Shown here: positions 23,250 to 36,728 of the stretch, in pieces | Layout of the letters: each line of letters begins with the position of its first letter | How positions within the stretch are numbered: position 1 is the first letter of the stretch | Assembly (NCBI GenBank): GCA_964016885.1 | Contig: OZ024740.1 | Span: 396,552,001 to 396,616,000 of the forward strand | DNA length: 64,000 bases | Origin: Eledone cirrhosa | Taxonomy: Eukaryota | Direction: 5' to 3' | The notes under the pieces: model-generated | The model's database searches: none | The model's input: the letters and a program-made list of their open reading frames with translations, nothing else | What the model was told of the DNA's origin: nothing | Position numbers and translations under genes: made by a program

Positions 23250-26200
23250 ATCTAAAGTCTTGAAAAATACTTGTGATAGATATTTTGTGAGCAACCTTTC
23301 AGTACTGAAGCATTTTCCGGCTCTAAAGATAGCCATTATATACTGACATGCATTTGTGTGGAGTGCATGCTACTAGACTGAGGAAAACCTGACTGCCGAC
23401 ATGTCTGATTGCCTACCTACCTGCTCTACCATCTTACCATGACTGGCTCGGCTAGCCTTCCCACTGGCCTGCCACTCAGTATTACCTGTCTGCCTGCCTG
23501 TTTGGACTGCCTATCTTCCAGCCCATCAGCCATATTATTCAAGCCAGAAAAGCTATGATCTAAAGTCTTGAAATGTGTAAAGTACTCTAGTATTGGTTGA
23601 ATGTGTTGACTGATTTAGATTGGTCAAAGCCAGATCTAAAGACATTTCTCAACAGTGTATTATGTAAGATGTATCTCTTCCTAGAAATTCCTTATTTGAT
23701 TTGTAGTGCAATTTATGGTAGTTTGTTCCTTGTTCAGAGACTTAGCACTTGCCTTTTATACATTTGTCAATTTTCACAACCTTATGGCTCATCAAAGTAG
23801 GCCTCAAAGTCATTTGTTTCTAGTCTGCCCATTCCCCAAACCTCTGCTTACAAGAAATAGCAGCCAAAATCCATGAAATCACACTTTACTATCTTCGGAA
23901 AGATACACTGGGAAATGTACTCCTATATATACAAAAGAATTGGCTGGTTACATCTGTAATGCTTTTCAATTCTAACCCGGGGTTAAGCCACAATATAAGC
24001 AATTTGGTTTTTGGCATCAAAGAAATTGTCACAAATCACTTCCATTTCTATAAGCTAGTTACGCTTATTTATTATCTATGTAATCTAGAATCTTTGGAAC
24101 CTAAATGAGACCTCTTGCCAAACTAGAACTATTTAACAAAGGTCTAGGGAGATCTATAAACAGCAGAGTATTTTCATTGGTTGGATATATGTGTGGTTCA
24201 AGTCATCAAACAGATTGAAAGAAGATAGATGGAATCACTAAAGACTATCTTTTGTGCTCAGCTGACAAATAAATGATAAAAAGTTATTCACATCAAGGAC
24301 AAAAGTGTCATAACTATGAAATATATACTCAAGGAAACACATTTTAGAGTGGCTAGTTTCAAAGCACTTGTTGCATGGAAGAGAGAGAGAGAGATCGATC
24401 AGGAAAGAATACTATTTTATTAAAAGAAAATCAGAAGAACCAATATTCAGTATTGATAAAAAAAGGGGAGATTTGGTGATGGCAAAATCATGTGAATGGC
24501 CTGTTAAAGATAGTTTGTGGGGAAATAAAAACTGTACATTGGAGTCTTTAAGAGCTTGGACATTCACCTCTCATGACATAGAAGAGCATGGAATAAACTG
24601 AGAGGGATATAGAAATGGCATCAGATTTGTGTAGGATATATAAAGAAAAGAGAGCAGTTTGTTAACTTTTTGAATGTAAATGACTGCTGGGAATTTTTAT
24701 TATGTTAAAAAAGCATGATGTTTAGATGATCATAACTTGGAAAAAGCAAGGATTTATTAAATAACTTTCAGTTTGATATAAAACAAAACAAGATAGAGGG
24801 ATTACACTAGAGAATAGGAAAATGACTACTGATATGGATTATTGATATATGCTATCACTGTAGGAAAAAACCCCCAAATACTTAGGGATACAATAAGAGA
24901 AACTAAGAAGTAGCAAGCAACTAGCCACAGAAAGAATGAGTAAAAGGACAAGAAGATTTAAGCTGTTTAATGGGTGCAATGATTGTTAAAGTTGAAAGAC
25001 AAATAAAGTAGATAATTATAGAAAAAAGTCATTGAGGTAATATGTAAGCATATACAAAATATTAAAATGCTGTGTTTTATGGAAAGGAATGTCGATAAAG
25101 TTACTGTCTAGAAATGTTAACCCAGTCTGAATCTTCCTGTTCTAGAGCGTTATCAAACTCATCATAGCCTGGTATCTTCTGGCCCACTGTGAAATTCAAC
25201 TAAAAACAAGAATTTTCTGTTAACAAGAAGCAACAATGAGACAAATGAGAATTTTTTCTAGAAATATTTTATTCCATACTTGTTAATCAACAAGAACTTT
25301 TTCATTCTTTCATTAAAAGAAAAATCCAAAAATGTCACAAAAATGTTTCATAATGTCCCAACAACCTCAGGCCCGGCTGAACAGTTTAAATAACCCTATA
25401 TTGATTGTCCATACAGCACCATCACTACAATCAATATTTCCAATATTGACACAAATTAGAACTACATGCAGTCCTATTTGACTGTATATTGAATGTGTAA
25501 CTCTGAATGTGTGATACCTTGATTTTACATAGGTATAAAAGCTGGCTAAAACAACTCCATTCATATGGGATATTGTGTGATGTTTACTAGGTCTGACCAT
25601 ATTTGACTGTGGTTGTGATTTGCTATGGTTGCATTTGTTTGTACCTGTAACAGGTTAAGCTTGGACTAACTGGTTTATAAATATTAAATTATGGCCATGA
25701 TAATGTTGACCATTTTGTTGACAAACACCATCACCCCATTAACAATAACTAAGTGTTTAAACTTAGCTTTGTTGTTACTTTGAAATTATTCATCTGACCA
25801 TATGTTGCAAAACAATTTCTATTAGAGAATTATATACAAAGAAACTTAACTGAATTTCTGTCTGTTTTTTTTTTTTCTGTTATGAATTGGCGATTTAGCT
25901 ATTCTGAGATCCCTACTGCTGATGAGATAAATTTCACTCATAAACTTTGTTAGTGGAGTCTTCAAGCCCTCATTCAAAGACACTAAAGTTAAATCTAAGC
26001 ATTTAATTGGGATATAACTGACTTATGTCTTTACCAGTTGTTATCAATATATAACCTAATAATTGTAGGAATGTGTATGTGTTTTTACACACACACACAC
26101 AATGCTGATGCCAAGCTGTATTGGCTTATACTTTTCTCTTGGACAACATTGGTGAATTAGAGAGGAGAAATGAGCACGCATGGGTCACTGGTTGTCTTTC

Positions 26201-26495
26201 ACAAAGCACCTTGCTTCGGGATCAACCCTTGGTGAGGAACTTTCCAGGTGCAGATGCATGATCAATCATGACACAGGGAGGGAGCTTCATATCATAAATA
26301 TGTATATGCACACACATACAGCCATATCAAAGGCAACCTGTCTATGAGAATAGTCACTCTGAATAAAAAGCTGGTACAGAGTAGAGAGGATTCATAAATC
26401 CTGTTGGACAACCTCTCTAATGCTGGTGCCATGTTAAATTGTGGTTGGTGATAGGAAGGATTTCCAGCCAGAAAAACATATATACTACATGTCTC

Positions 26496-26757
26496 TCATC
26501 ATCATCATCACCGTTTTACGTCCATTCTTCCACGCTAGCATGGGTTAGACGGGTTGTCCTGTGTGGGCAGTGTCCGGTCGGCTGACCATGCCTTGCTCAG
26601 ACGGGAACTGATTTTGGCTTGATTTCTACAGCTAGATACCCTTCCTAACACCAACCTCATTTACAGTGAGTGCTGGGTGCTTTTTTTCCGTGGCACCTAC
26701 ATGTCCACTTTACAGTGTGGACTGGTTGTTTTTTTGCCGTGGCACCTCCATGACCGC
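26496..26757 (-). mobile_element. RTE 3' UTR fragment
   Basis: Near-identical to 11495-11755; ends at (TA)n. Confidence 0.85.
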
Positions 26758-27861
26758 TTATATATATATATATAGAAACAGCTGTGCTACTGTTATGTAG
26801 ACTTCTATCACACAATGCATTTCTTGATATATTTTGTAAACTTATTTTTGCCAGCAGTATGGATAAGAGCAACATGAAATACAGTGACTTGCTCAAGGAC
26901 CCAACCTTACGATCGTGAACTGACATTCTATATTAGTAATTAATATGTATTTAATATTCCAGTATACCTAGTTGGAAACTCCGGAGAAAGTTGGTGTAGA
27001 CCTTTCTATGGAGGCATAGAGGGATCCTCTCTGACATTCTTCAAAGTTCCTAATGGGTACTTTGATAATGGATGGTACATCTGAAATATATTGGGACTAG
27101 TATATATTTCCAAAGGATCATTATCTCTAATTCTTGTTTTTTTTCTTCCTCTTCTCCACCTAATATCACATCCATCATTTCTCACCTAATTTTGTTACTT
27201 TAATATTTACAACCTCACCTGCATTGTAGTGGTTTCCAAGACATAACCACTCATATATATACATATATAGTTAAAAAACAAAGAAGACTAGGTATTTTGT
27301 CCTATGCTCCAACAGGTTGGTTTACCTTAGAATTAACACTGATTTACCATAGAACCAACCGGTTTGTTTACTTCAGTACCAACTGGTAGGTTTACCATAG
27401 TACCAATGGGCTGGTTAGTTTATTTTGGCTCCAACAGTTTGGTCTACATGCAGTTAGTTTATTTTATTATCATCAGACTTGTTTACCCTAGTATCAACAA
27501 ATTAGTTTACCTTACTACCAACTATAATTTGATGATTAGTTTTAGTTCCTAAATCTCTTCATTTGAACCTAGGAAACTAGTGTAATTGTGTCAATTCTTA
27601 TGAATCAACATTTTATCACTGACATAGATATTAGAAGTGGGAAAATATTGGCTTCTCTTGACAAGATACAATGCTAATTTTATTTTAGACAAGTTAAGTC
27701 AATTAAATTGGCACCAATAAATTACTAGGAAATATTGATCTTAGTCAAAAGAGTTGATCCTTGTAGGATTTGATCTCAGCTCATAAAGAGATGAGACTAA
27801 ATACAGCAAAGCATTCAGATCAAGGTTCTGCAATATCTACTAATTCACTGCCCTATTAATA

Positions 27862-27864
<3 letters not shown>

Positions 27865-27944
<80 letters not shown>
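27865..27944. repeat. (TA)n microsatellite
   Basis: Direct reading. Confidence 0.97.
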
Positions 27945-27949
<5 letters not shown>

Positions 27950-29814
27950 GTATTAATTTAACAATGAAAATAATAACAACAAAGTCAAGTTAATTTACCT
28001 ATTATTTTCATTGTTAAATTGCTACCTAATATCTGACTCTGTATCTAAGGAATTAACTCCGCGGAACACAGAACTTTTCTATGGATTTCTCTGCATTATT
28101 TGCCATCAGATTACATTGAGATCTATCTATGGTACGGACCCTACCACCAAGGGTAGACCACATTGAAAAAAAAAATATATGTATATAAAAGAACCTCCCC
28201 AAAATTAGATTTGCCAAATCTCTAACCAAAATGTTACATATGTAAATTAAAATGAATCAGGAAAATCTGGAGGTAAATGAGTAGCAATGAGTGCATAAAA
28301 CTATAGATATTTATCACAAAATAGTGTTGGTGGAATAAACTGATACTCTCAGGCCAGAGGAATTATGAAACATTCCAAAATTAACTGATACTCTAAGGCC
28401 AGAGGAATAATGAAACACTCCAAAACTACTTGGTTACTGTTGACCAACCCCTAAGAATGAATGACACTGTAACCTATATCAGAATGATAGTTATATTTTT
28501 GGTATTATTGTGCGTTGAACTTACAAGTAGGAAAAACCTAGATGTTGAAATGATGGCCAAACAGATTTGTGATACAAGCATCAAACAACAGAGGATTAGA
28601 ATTTCTCTTAAAAACCCACCGACCTAAAAAAAAAAAAGCAGAAATCCACAAATAAGTAGGAAAAACCATGAATATTTATGAGTGATAAATAGAGTCAATT
28701 ACTTGTTATTTGAATTACCCTTCAGTGGGTGATCAGTTCTTTTGATTTTAGAAGAGATCTAATGATTTTAGTGGAGAGAGAGATATGGAATGTGATATTC
28801 GTACCTTTTTGAAAAACATTAGTGGTATAAATATATTGAAATAATTATGACTAAGAATTTAAACACTGCTGTAGACTAAGTTCATAGTTTCAGGTTTGAT
28901 TTCATTTATATATAATATATTTCTTTCATACATATATGAGTACTAAAAATAAAAGGGATGGTGGTGGAGAATACTCACATAGTTAATTGCATATCACAAC
29001 AGAGGGTACTGGAGTTTTGTTCTAATAATTCTTGAGGCAAGCCAATGCATTTGCAACATTTCTGTGGGCCACAGCTAAGTCAAAGGTGCTGGAATAATCA
29101 AGCACCCTCACAGGCATCACCTGATACATTGGTAAGGTGAGCCACCAACAATGACAAGAACTTTATGTCAGTGGCCCATCTCTGCCAAATGTCTTGAATG
29201 CCATGGATTGAAAAAATAGTTCGCCAATAATTTCTGGTTTTTAGAATTTTATTCTGTTCAGCTATGGATGCAGAGACCCTCACCTTTACTGCAGCATCCA
29301 GGGTGTGGGAAGAAGAAAAAAGTCACTAACTGTGGTGTCTTACTACAGAATGTGGCTCGTCACATAAATACACAAAATAAAGTTACTAGTTTAAGAAAAA
29401 CAAGTTGTCAGTTTTGTAAAATGCTTCATGTTTGCAAGATTGTCAACTTAACAGAATGATAACCAAAGCATATAAATATGTATTAGAGGAACAAAAGTAA
29501 AAGAGAAAAATTCCTTTTACATATTTGGGAACATCAGTAGGATTTCATATTTTTAGTGTCTAGTCTTCTGAAGAATTGCATTTTTTTTGTTGGAATAGAA
29601 TGTTTTAGATCATCATTATGAAATAGTTTTTTTTTTTAAATTATGCACAAGGCCCTATATTTCAGAAGAATGGCAATGAAACGTTGTGACATTCAAGTTT
29701 TTTCCAAATTATAAGTTGCACAAACGAATTGAATTTGTTTCAACTGAGAATTATAATTGTGTCATTGAGATATTTCTTGTTGCTGTCTGTTGCCATTATA
29801 TGTGAGTAATTGTA

Positions 29815-30032
29815 GGGTGATGGATTTGGCAGAATTGTTAGAACATTGGACAAAATGTTTTGCAGCATTTAGTTATGGCCCTTTATGGTCTGAGTTCAAA
29901 TTCCACAAAAGTCAGCTTTGCTATTCTTCCTTCTGGGGTTATAAAATTAGTATCAGTAAAGTCCTGGAAGTGATTTAATCAACTTTCTTCTCTGCACAAA
30001 TTACTGGCTTTATGTCTATGTTAGAAACAATT
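29815..30032 (+). mobile_element. Old tRNA-derived SINE copy
   Basis: ggtgatggatttggcagaattgttag...ctgagttcaaattcc...ttagaaacaatt. Confidence 0.7.
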
Positions 30033-30171
30033 ATGTATGTGTGATTGTGTATACTGACCAATACAGCAGCAGAAACTTTACAACAGTAAAAGCCTCTACA
30101 CAACCCATAACAACAAATGTTCAGCTAAACAGTGAACAGTAATAACAGGGTTTTGCTAATAGTATCATTAA

Positions 30172-30402
30172 CACTTTTGTTACCATATTTTAAATGAAAG
30201 ACATCAGCTATGTGTTCCAAATAATTTTGAAAATAATCAATAATTTGGAGGGATTTAAATAAAATAACTAATGTTTTGGTTATTAATCTGATGTTTGCTG
30301 TATAGCTTAAAGGTTACATAAAATTTTGTTGGAGGGTTTTTAGATAAATAGAAACATTTTAAAACAAAGAGGTATGTATTGTAGAACCAGGTATGAAAAG
30401 GG
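30172..30402. mobile_element. piggyBac-like MITE (TTAA TSD); related decayed copies at ~2990-3730, ~31295-31530 and ~49335-49560
   Basis: ttaa|cactttt...aaaaggg|ttaa. The internal motif ggaaggttt..a.ttaaata..aaac..tttaaaa is shared among the copies. Confidence 0.55.
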
Positions 30403-30555
30403 TTAAAACCAGGTATTTAGGGCAATAAAGAAAAGGGTACCACAGAGCTTTCTAGTACCAGATTTTCCATGGTGCAAATATTAAATTATAACTAAAAAAA
30501 AAAAAAAAAATTAATAGTCTTGAAAACTTGCATTTTTTCTTGTTGCTCTAGTTAC

Positions 30556-31071
30556 AAGGATTGTCCAGCCACTTTCTCTTCACACCGGTCACCATTGAGA
30601 CCTCAGGCATCCTCGGACCCTATACTGCTGAGCTCCTCCACAAAATCAGAATGTCTGCAGCCCATCTGAGGAAGGAGCCCTGCGAGGTGGGGGTGGTTGT
30701 TGCAGCGAGTGTCGCTGGCCATTGTTTGCAGAAATACTTTTGCAGTTTTGTCCGCGGGGTGCATCGTGTTCTAGGCCTAGGCCCAGAACCCATGACCCAC
30801 TCCCCTTCCTCCTCCTCCTTTTCTTTTGTGGCCCTAGAGTCTTTGCTTTTCCCCTCCTTTTCCTCTCATTTATGGCATCTATAGTCCTTTCCCATACAGC
30901 CAGCTCTGCCCTACTTTACCCCTTCCCCATTTTCTCATTACTTAATTTTGCTTTTATCTTTCTTTTTCATATTTATGTAATCAATGGTTTTTAAGTCAAC
31001 TTTGTTAATATTTGTAATGTTACTGTGAATGATAAAACTATGTCTTTCCTGAATTGTAAAAAAGGAAAAAA
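30556..31071 (+). mobile_element. 3' fragment of a CRE-like (REL-endonuclease) non-LTR retrotransposon
   Basis: FLFTPVTIETSGILGP...AELL, then in a shifted frame WLLQRVSLAIVCRN, resembling the CRE C-terminal FxPxxxETxG...QRLSxAxxRGN motif; A-rich end near 31058-31071. Confidence 0.6.
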
Positions 31072-32129
31072 TATTTTGGTTATATTGATTGTAAGTAATT
31101 AGTGTTAAGTAAATAAAATTATAAAAAAAAGAAAACGATTATATTTACTATAATTGTTGGGTCAGGTTTGGAAGAAAACTGAAGTTTTAATCTATTATTT
31201 CATATTTAAAAATGTGTTAATGTCTTTTCCGTTAGACAATGAAAGGGTTGAGAAGAACGCATTGCTAGGCTGTTATTAGGGCAGTAGTTGGTCTTAATCC
31301 CTTTGTTATTATATTTCTAATGAAATACATTGTATTTCAATTAATGAAGAATTTTGAGCTATTTACTAAAATTATTAATTATTATGAATGAAGTTGGTAT
31401 TTGTAACATAACTTAATAAATGGTTCTTATATAAAATTATGTTGGAAGGTTTTAATTTAAATAGGAACAGTTTAAAATGGGTATTTTGTTTAATAGAACC
31501 AGAGGAGATTTTGGGCAGATTCGTATAAAAAAGTTTAAAACATATATATGTATGAAAAAATTCAGGACCCCGATAGCTGAGCTCCAGCTGTTTCAATAGC
31601 TAGATCCGAACTGATCTTTTATATATATATATATGATATAGTCAGCATTAGATGAAATATTGAAGATTATTTACTCTCTTTGAAAATAAATAGCAAAAGG
31701 TAAAATGTATTGAAGGTTTGTGTGCGTGTGTTTAGGTAAAAGGGTGAATGCACCTTTGTCAGTTAAGATAATGAGTTTTCCAGTTGTTCAAACAACAGAA
31801 TTGTCTGCTTGTGAAATTAACATGCACGTGGCTGAGCATTCCACATACCCTTAAAATAATTCTTAGGGCAACTCAGTGTGACCTAGTACTTACAGGTACT
31901 GTTCATTGTATGAGCTTCTAAAGAGTTTCTGTCATCCCATTTTCACTTAAAATACTTATGTTGACCCTAGATATCAACCTGGAATAATATGATTATGAAG
32001 CAAACTTTTTAACCATTTGACTCTGCTGCATTCACACACACACACTATGAAAGTGTGTGAGAGAGAGAAAGAGAAGGGTGAAAAAGGAAGAGAAAGAAGG
32101 AGAACAACATTGGTAGGATACTGTCATAA

Positions 32130-32335
32130 TATTGATTTCTGATTTAGACAAAATTCCAGCAAATTTTGGGTAAATGGCAAAGTCGATTAAATCAACTCCT
32201 GTACTTGATTCTTATATTTTTGTTATTGACTCTGGAAGGTAAAGTTGACCTTGATGAGATTTGAACTCAGAATGTAAAGAGCCAGAACAAATACTGCAAC
32301 AGAATTTTATCTGACCCTCTGCTAAATCACCAACC
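32130..32335 (-). mobile_element. Old tRNA-derived SINE copy
   Basis: aaagttgaccttgatgagatttgaactcagaatgtaaag core. Confidence 0.65.
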
Positions 32336-35300
32336 TCACAGATACTGCTATAATAAAAACATTTAATTTGTAACTTAACAAGCTTAAATAAAAGAAAAGA
32401 AGAAACTCCTTAAATTCTCTATGGCCAAGTTCATCTAACCATGAATAAATACCATAGTGAAGTACAGTTTGTTATTTAAAGCAGTAACAATGTATAACTA
32501 TAGAGTGTTTTCATAGCTTGCAGTGTTGAGTAGAAATGCTACCGTGGGCCTGAAGAAGGCAACAGGATATCACAGATATTTTTCATAGAAGATAGAAGAT
32601 TAATATATCTATTTAATTCAATAGTATTATCCTCCATTGATTGATACTAAGCAATTGACTCTATTTGTCACATATACAAGAGACAAATTAAATACATATA
32701 AATATATATGCACATTCCTACAAACATAAACATCCATGCACAAATGCTTGCAGGTCCAAACACTTGAACTTCAAGTAAAATTTTTAGCTGTTTCCATGTT
32801 TCAGTTGAAATAGCAGATCTTTTACCCCTATGATACACCTGATATTTGCAAAAACTTTCCAAGAATATATATTAATTTCATATATTACCAAAAATTTCTA
32901 TTTTTACTATATATCCATTTGTATATGTAACCATGTGTGCCTTTATAGTGTTTTCTACAAAACGTAGAGAGCTGAGTCACCACATCATTTTGATTCCTAG
33001 TAGTATTTGTTTCCCTTCACACACACATCTGTGTGCTTGTATAATGCTGTTTTAAGTTTCTTTTTTCCATACTAATATGAGTGAGTTGGAGGTTTGATGG
33101 AACATATGTTATTGGAGTTAGATACTCTTCCTATTACTAATTACTCAAATGTGAAGTAGAAGACTACTTGTTATTAGTCAGGTAGACCGACGTAAATTGA
33201 GTTACGTAATTTTCCCAAGGATGCAACACAATGGCTACAGTAAGGCTTGTACACACGAACAAAAAAGGAACAGAAAACTGACACACCTTTCTCACAACTG
33301 TTAATTATATTAAGGGTTTGATTTATAAGTAGTTAGAAGTTCTATTGCTTTGTTCTACTGTCTTCTTTATAATTTTTTGCATAGATGACACTGTGTGTGC
33401 TGCAGTTGACTGAATTGACTGTCAGCTGAATAATCAGCAGCTCATATTCAACACTGTCCTGTGTCTCACACCAAAATAGTTTTCAACTGTCCAGTCCCCA
33501 TGGCTGTAAATAGGCATCATGGGAAGTAAGCAGCAGAAACGCAGTAAAATTGTCAAATGTATTTTAGTTTGCAGAGAGATATCATAAGATAAACACAAAA
33601 CCTATATGTAAATATAAGGGAGGAGGTGTAACACTGGCAGTCTAGCTTTTCTGAATGTGAGATAAGTGAAGTGAAAATGACTACAATCAGGAAACAAATA
33701 AAGAGTGTGGACTTAGCTTGAAAGGAGGTTACCTCCACTCTACATTACTCATCATTGCTTATCATAATATTGAGTATCTTTTACTAGGCACAAAGGTCCT
33801 ATATTTTAGGGAAAAGGAGATCAGATATAGAGATATTCATGCTTTCCCAAGGATATTAGCAGTACAAGTAAAATGAGTTTAACCCAACCAAGAACTAAAA
33901 CTAGGTTGAAGGGTCAACTTAACATAAGCTTTCCTTTTGTTCAATGGCATTTGTCACAGTTTATGGCAATATAGAAAACAGGTGACAAAAATAACAATTT
34001 TTCTTTATATTTACATAATTCAGCTTTAAATAGTAAAAAATATTTTTAAATATCTACTTATATATATATATATGTATGTACATATATCTTTATATACATA
34101 TATATAACATCATCATCATCATTTAACATCCAGTAGAGAGATGGACGTTAAATGATGATGATGATATATATACATACAAACATATATGCATACATATACA
34201 CATACATCCATACACACAAATATGTTTGTAAGTATGTATGTATGTAAGTATTGCAGTTGTAGTTTTTTAGCTGCAAAAATGTTTTTAAAAAATCATCTAT
34301 AAGTGGGCAATAAAAAACAAAAAGTATTTGGTGCATTTAGTTTGATATGTAGAATGTTTTACAGTAATGCAGCAGTCATTTAGTTAGATTTTAACTCACA
34401 TTCAGCACCCATCTTGCATCTTAACAGACTATCAACTAAATATTATAGAAATGGTGCAAATATTTAGAGATTTTATGATTATTTATGGATAGTCTCATAA
34501 ATTTCCAGTAATCTTGTTTGGCTATTTTGCCAGAATAGAACCGTTTTCAAATTACATCAAAAGTTTATTTAGAATTATCTCCCCTTTCTATTAGTATTCA
34601 TTAACCCTCAGAGGAATATTTTCTCAATTAAGGCCAAGAAATAAATGATTAAAACAGTTTATGTTAAAATATTAAATCATTTGAATTTTGTCTTTATTTT
34701 TTTTGTTTTTACTATTTCTTATTCTCATTTGATATTGAGAAATAACTTACAGCAGAAAACCAGAAATATGAAAACTGACATATTCTGCAAAAGAACCAGA
34801 CATTTGCGAAATGTGCTGGGGGAACTCAATAATAAATAAATAAATAGAAAATTTGAAACAAAAAAAGAAAAAGTAATAATTTATTTAAAAGTAAAAGTTG
34901 TAATTTTTTTTTTAAATATTTCCTTTTAAAACAGGAGAGATTTTGCTGATTTTTTTTTGGTATTTTGATTTTCTTTTTTGATGATTATAGAATGATATGG
35001 ATGGAATTGAATAAAACTTATTGCATAGAGGAAGAATAAAATAACAACAACAAGAATAAAATTAATAAAAATAAACAAATAAATGGATGAAAGAAGATGC
35101 AGAAAAAAAAGAAACAAACTTGAGGAATTGGTGGTAATAGTAGTTATGGTGGTGGTGGTAGTGGTGGTGGTTATGGGAGTATAACGTTGTTAAAGAAGTT
35201 GAGGAGGGAAGGGGAGAAGGGTTCGGCTATATAAAGAAAAGATAGCCAGTTTAATTGGCACAGTAGTAACATGTGAAACAGCAACAGATATGTGGACACC

Positions 35301-36695
35301 ACTTACACAGAACACACAGGGAAACATGGAAAATAGATGGAAATACTTGGTTATATAAAATAGAAGAGGAAAGAGAATGTGATCAAATAATAGAAAAAAC
35401 AACAACAATAAAAAAGAACATGATATTTTAGATATCAACATTTCGCAAATTTATGGAGATATCAGGAACTGCTTGAATTGAAACTTTATCATTAATTATT
35501 TTTCTCTTTGTGTGTATTTTTGTTGTTATTGTTATTGTGATATGTATAAACCTTTCCTCCAGAATGACACTTGCTGTGATGACATTGTGTGTGACATTTC
35601 CATAGCAAGGTGAACCACTTCTTGCCAGAGCTGTTTCTGGTTCTTGTTTTTGGTGTATCTGTTTTTTTGGCTTAACTAATTTTAACTGTTGGAAAATTTA
35701 TAGAAATTTGCTAAATTGTTCAGCCATTTTTGCAAGAACCAGTAAAACCCCCAATGGAAGGAACCTATTAACAATACTCAATGACCAAATATAGTAAAAT
35801 GAAATTCTCTATTTTAAGTAATTTTGTTTGTAAAAAATGCTTCCTTTGTTATTTAAAAAAAAAATTATAAATTTTATTTAAGATTTTAAAAAAATATTAG
35901 AATTTATTATATGAATTTATTTCACTGTATAATTTTGATAATTTATGTTAATTGAGATTGGAAAGGAACCACCAAACATGTATCTTGTATAAAGTTGTTT
36001 TAGTTGTAATGAAGATATGTCACAAGCTGAACGTCTCTGCAAACAATATTATGAAAATGGTTTTGCAGGTTAAGCTCCAAGCATCCAGTGAGTTAGACTT
36101 TCAATCTCAGCAATTTATAGGGTACTTGCAGCAGTTTGGCTTCACTTATAATATATATAAAAAGATTAAGGTAAAAAAAAAAAAGTAGAATAATGAGGTA
36201 GAGAAAGAGGGGTATATTCTAAACTTTGAAGTGGAAATATTCCTCATATATTGAACATTAGGCATTCTATATATGTGTTATGCTTAAATCTGCAGTACTT
36301 AAATGTTTTTTTAATTTTGGACATGCTACTGAAATTATATAATGAGAAACTGTATATGAATGAATGTGTATGTGTAATGTGACATTGACAAAGAGTTCAA
36401 GAGAGAGCATTTGATTATGTATATATAGAAAGAGTGGGAAAGAGAGAAATGAAGCAAGAGGGAAATCAAGAAAGTGAAAGAACATAGAAATTTATGCCTG
36501 TTAATTCTCCTCCAGGAAGGTCCGTAGAAGAATTAAAAATGTTATTGCCAGGAATGTTTCAGAAGCAAACCAAAAGACAGAGTAATAATACATACATATA
36601 TACACATGGAGAAGTGATTAACTTATGCTGCATTTCTCAACTTCAGATATACATACACAAATACACACACTCATTATATATTATATATATAAAGG

Positions 36696-36728
<33 letters not shown>

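Noticed and set aside
24020-25120. Purine-rich stretch possibly derived from an old L1/Tx1-like element
   Set aside because: No motif could be recovered with confidence.
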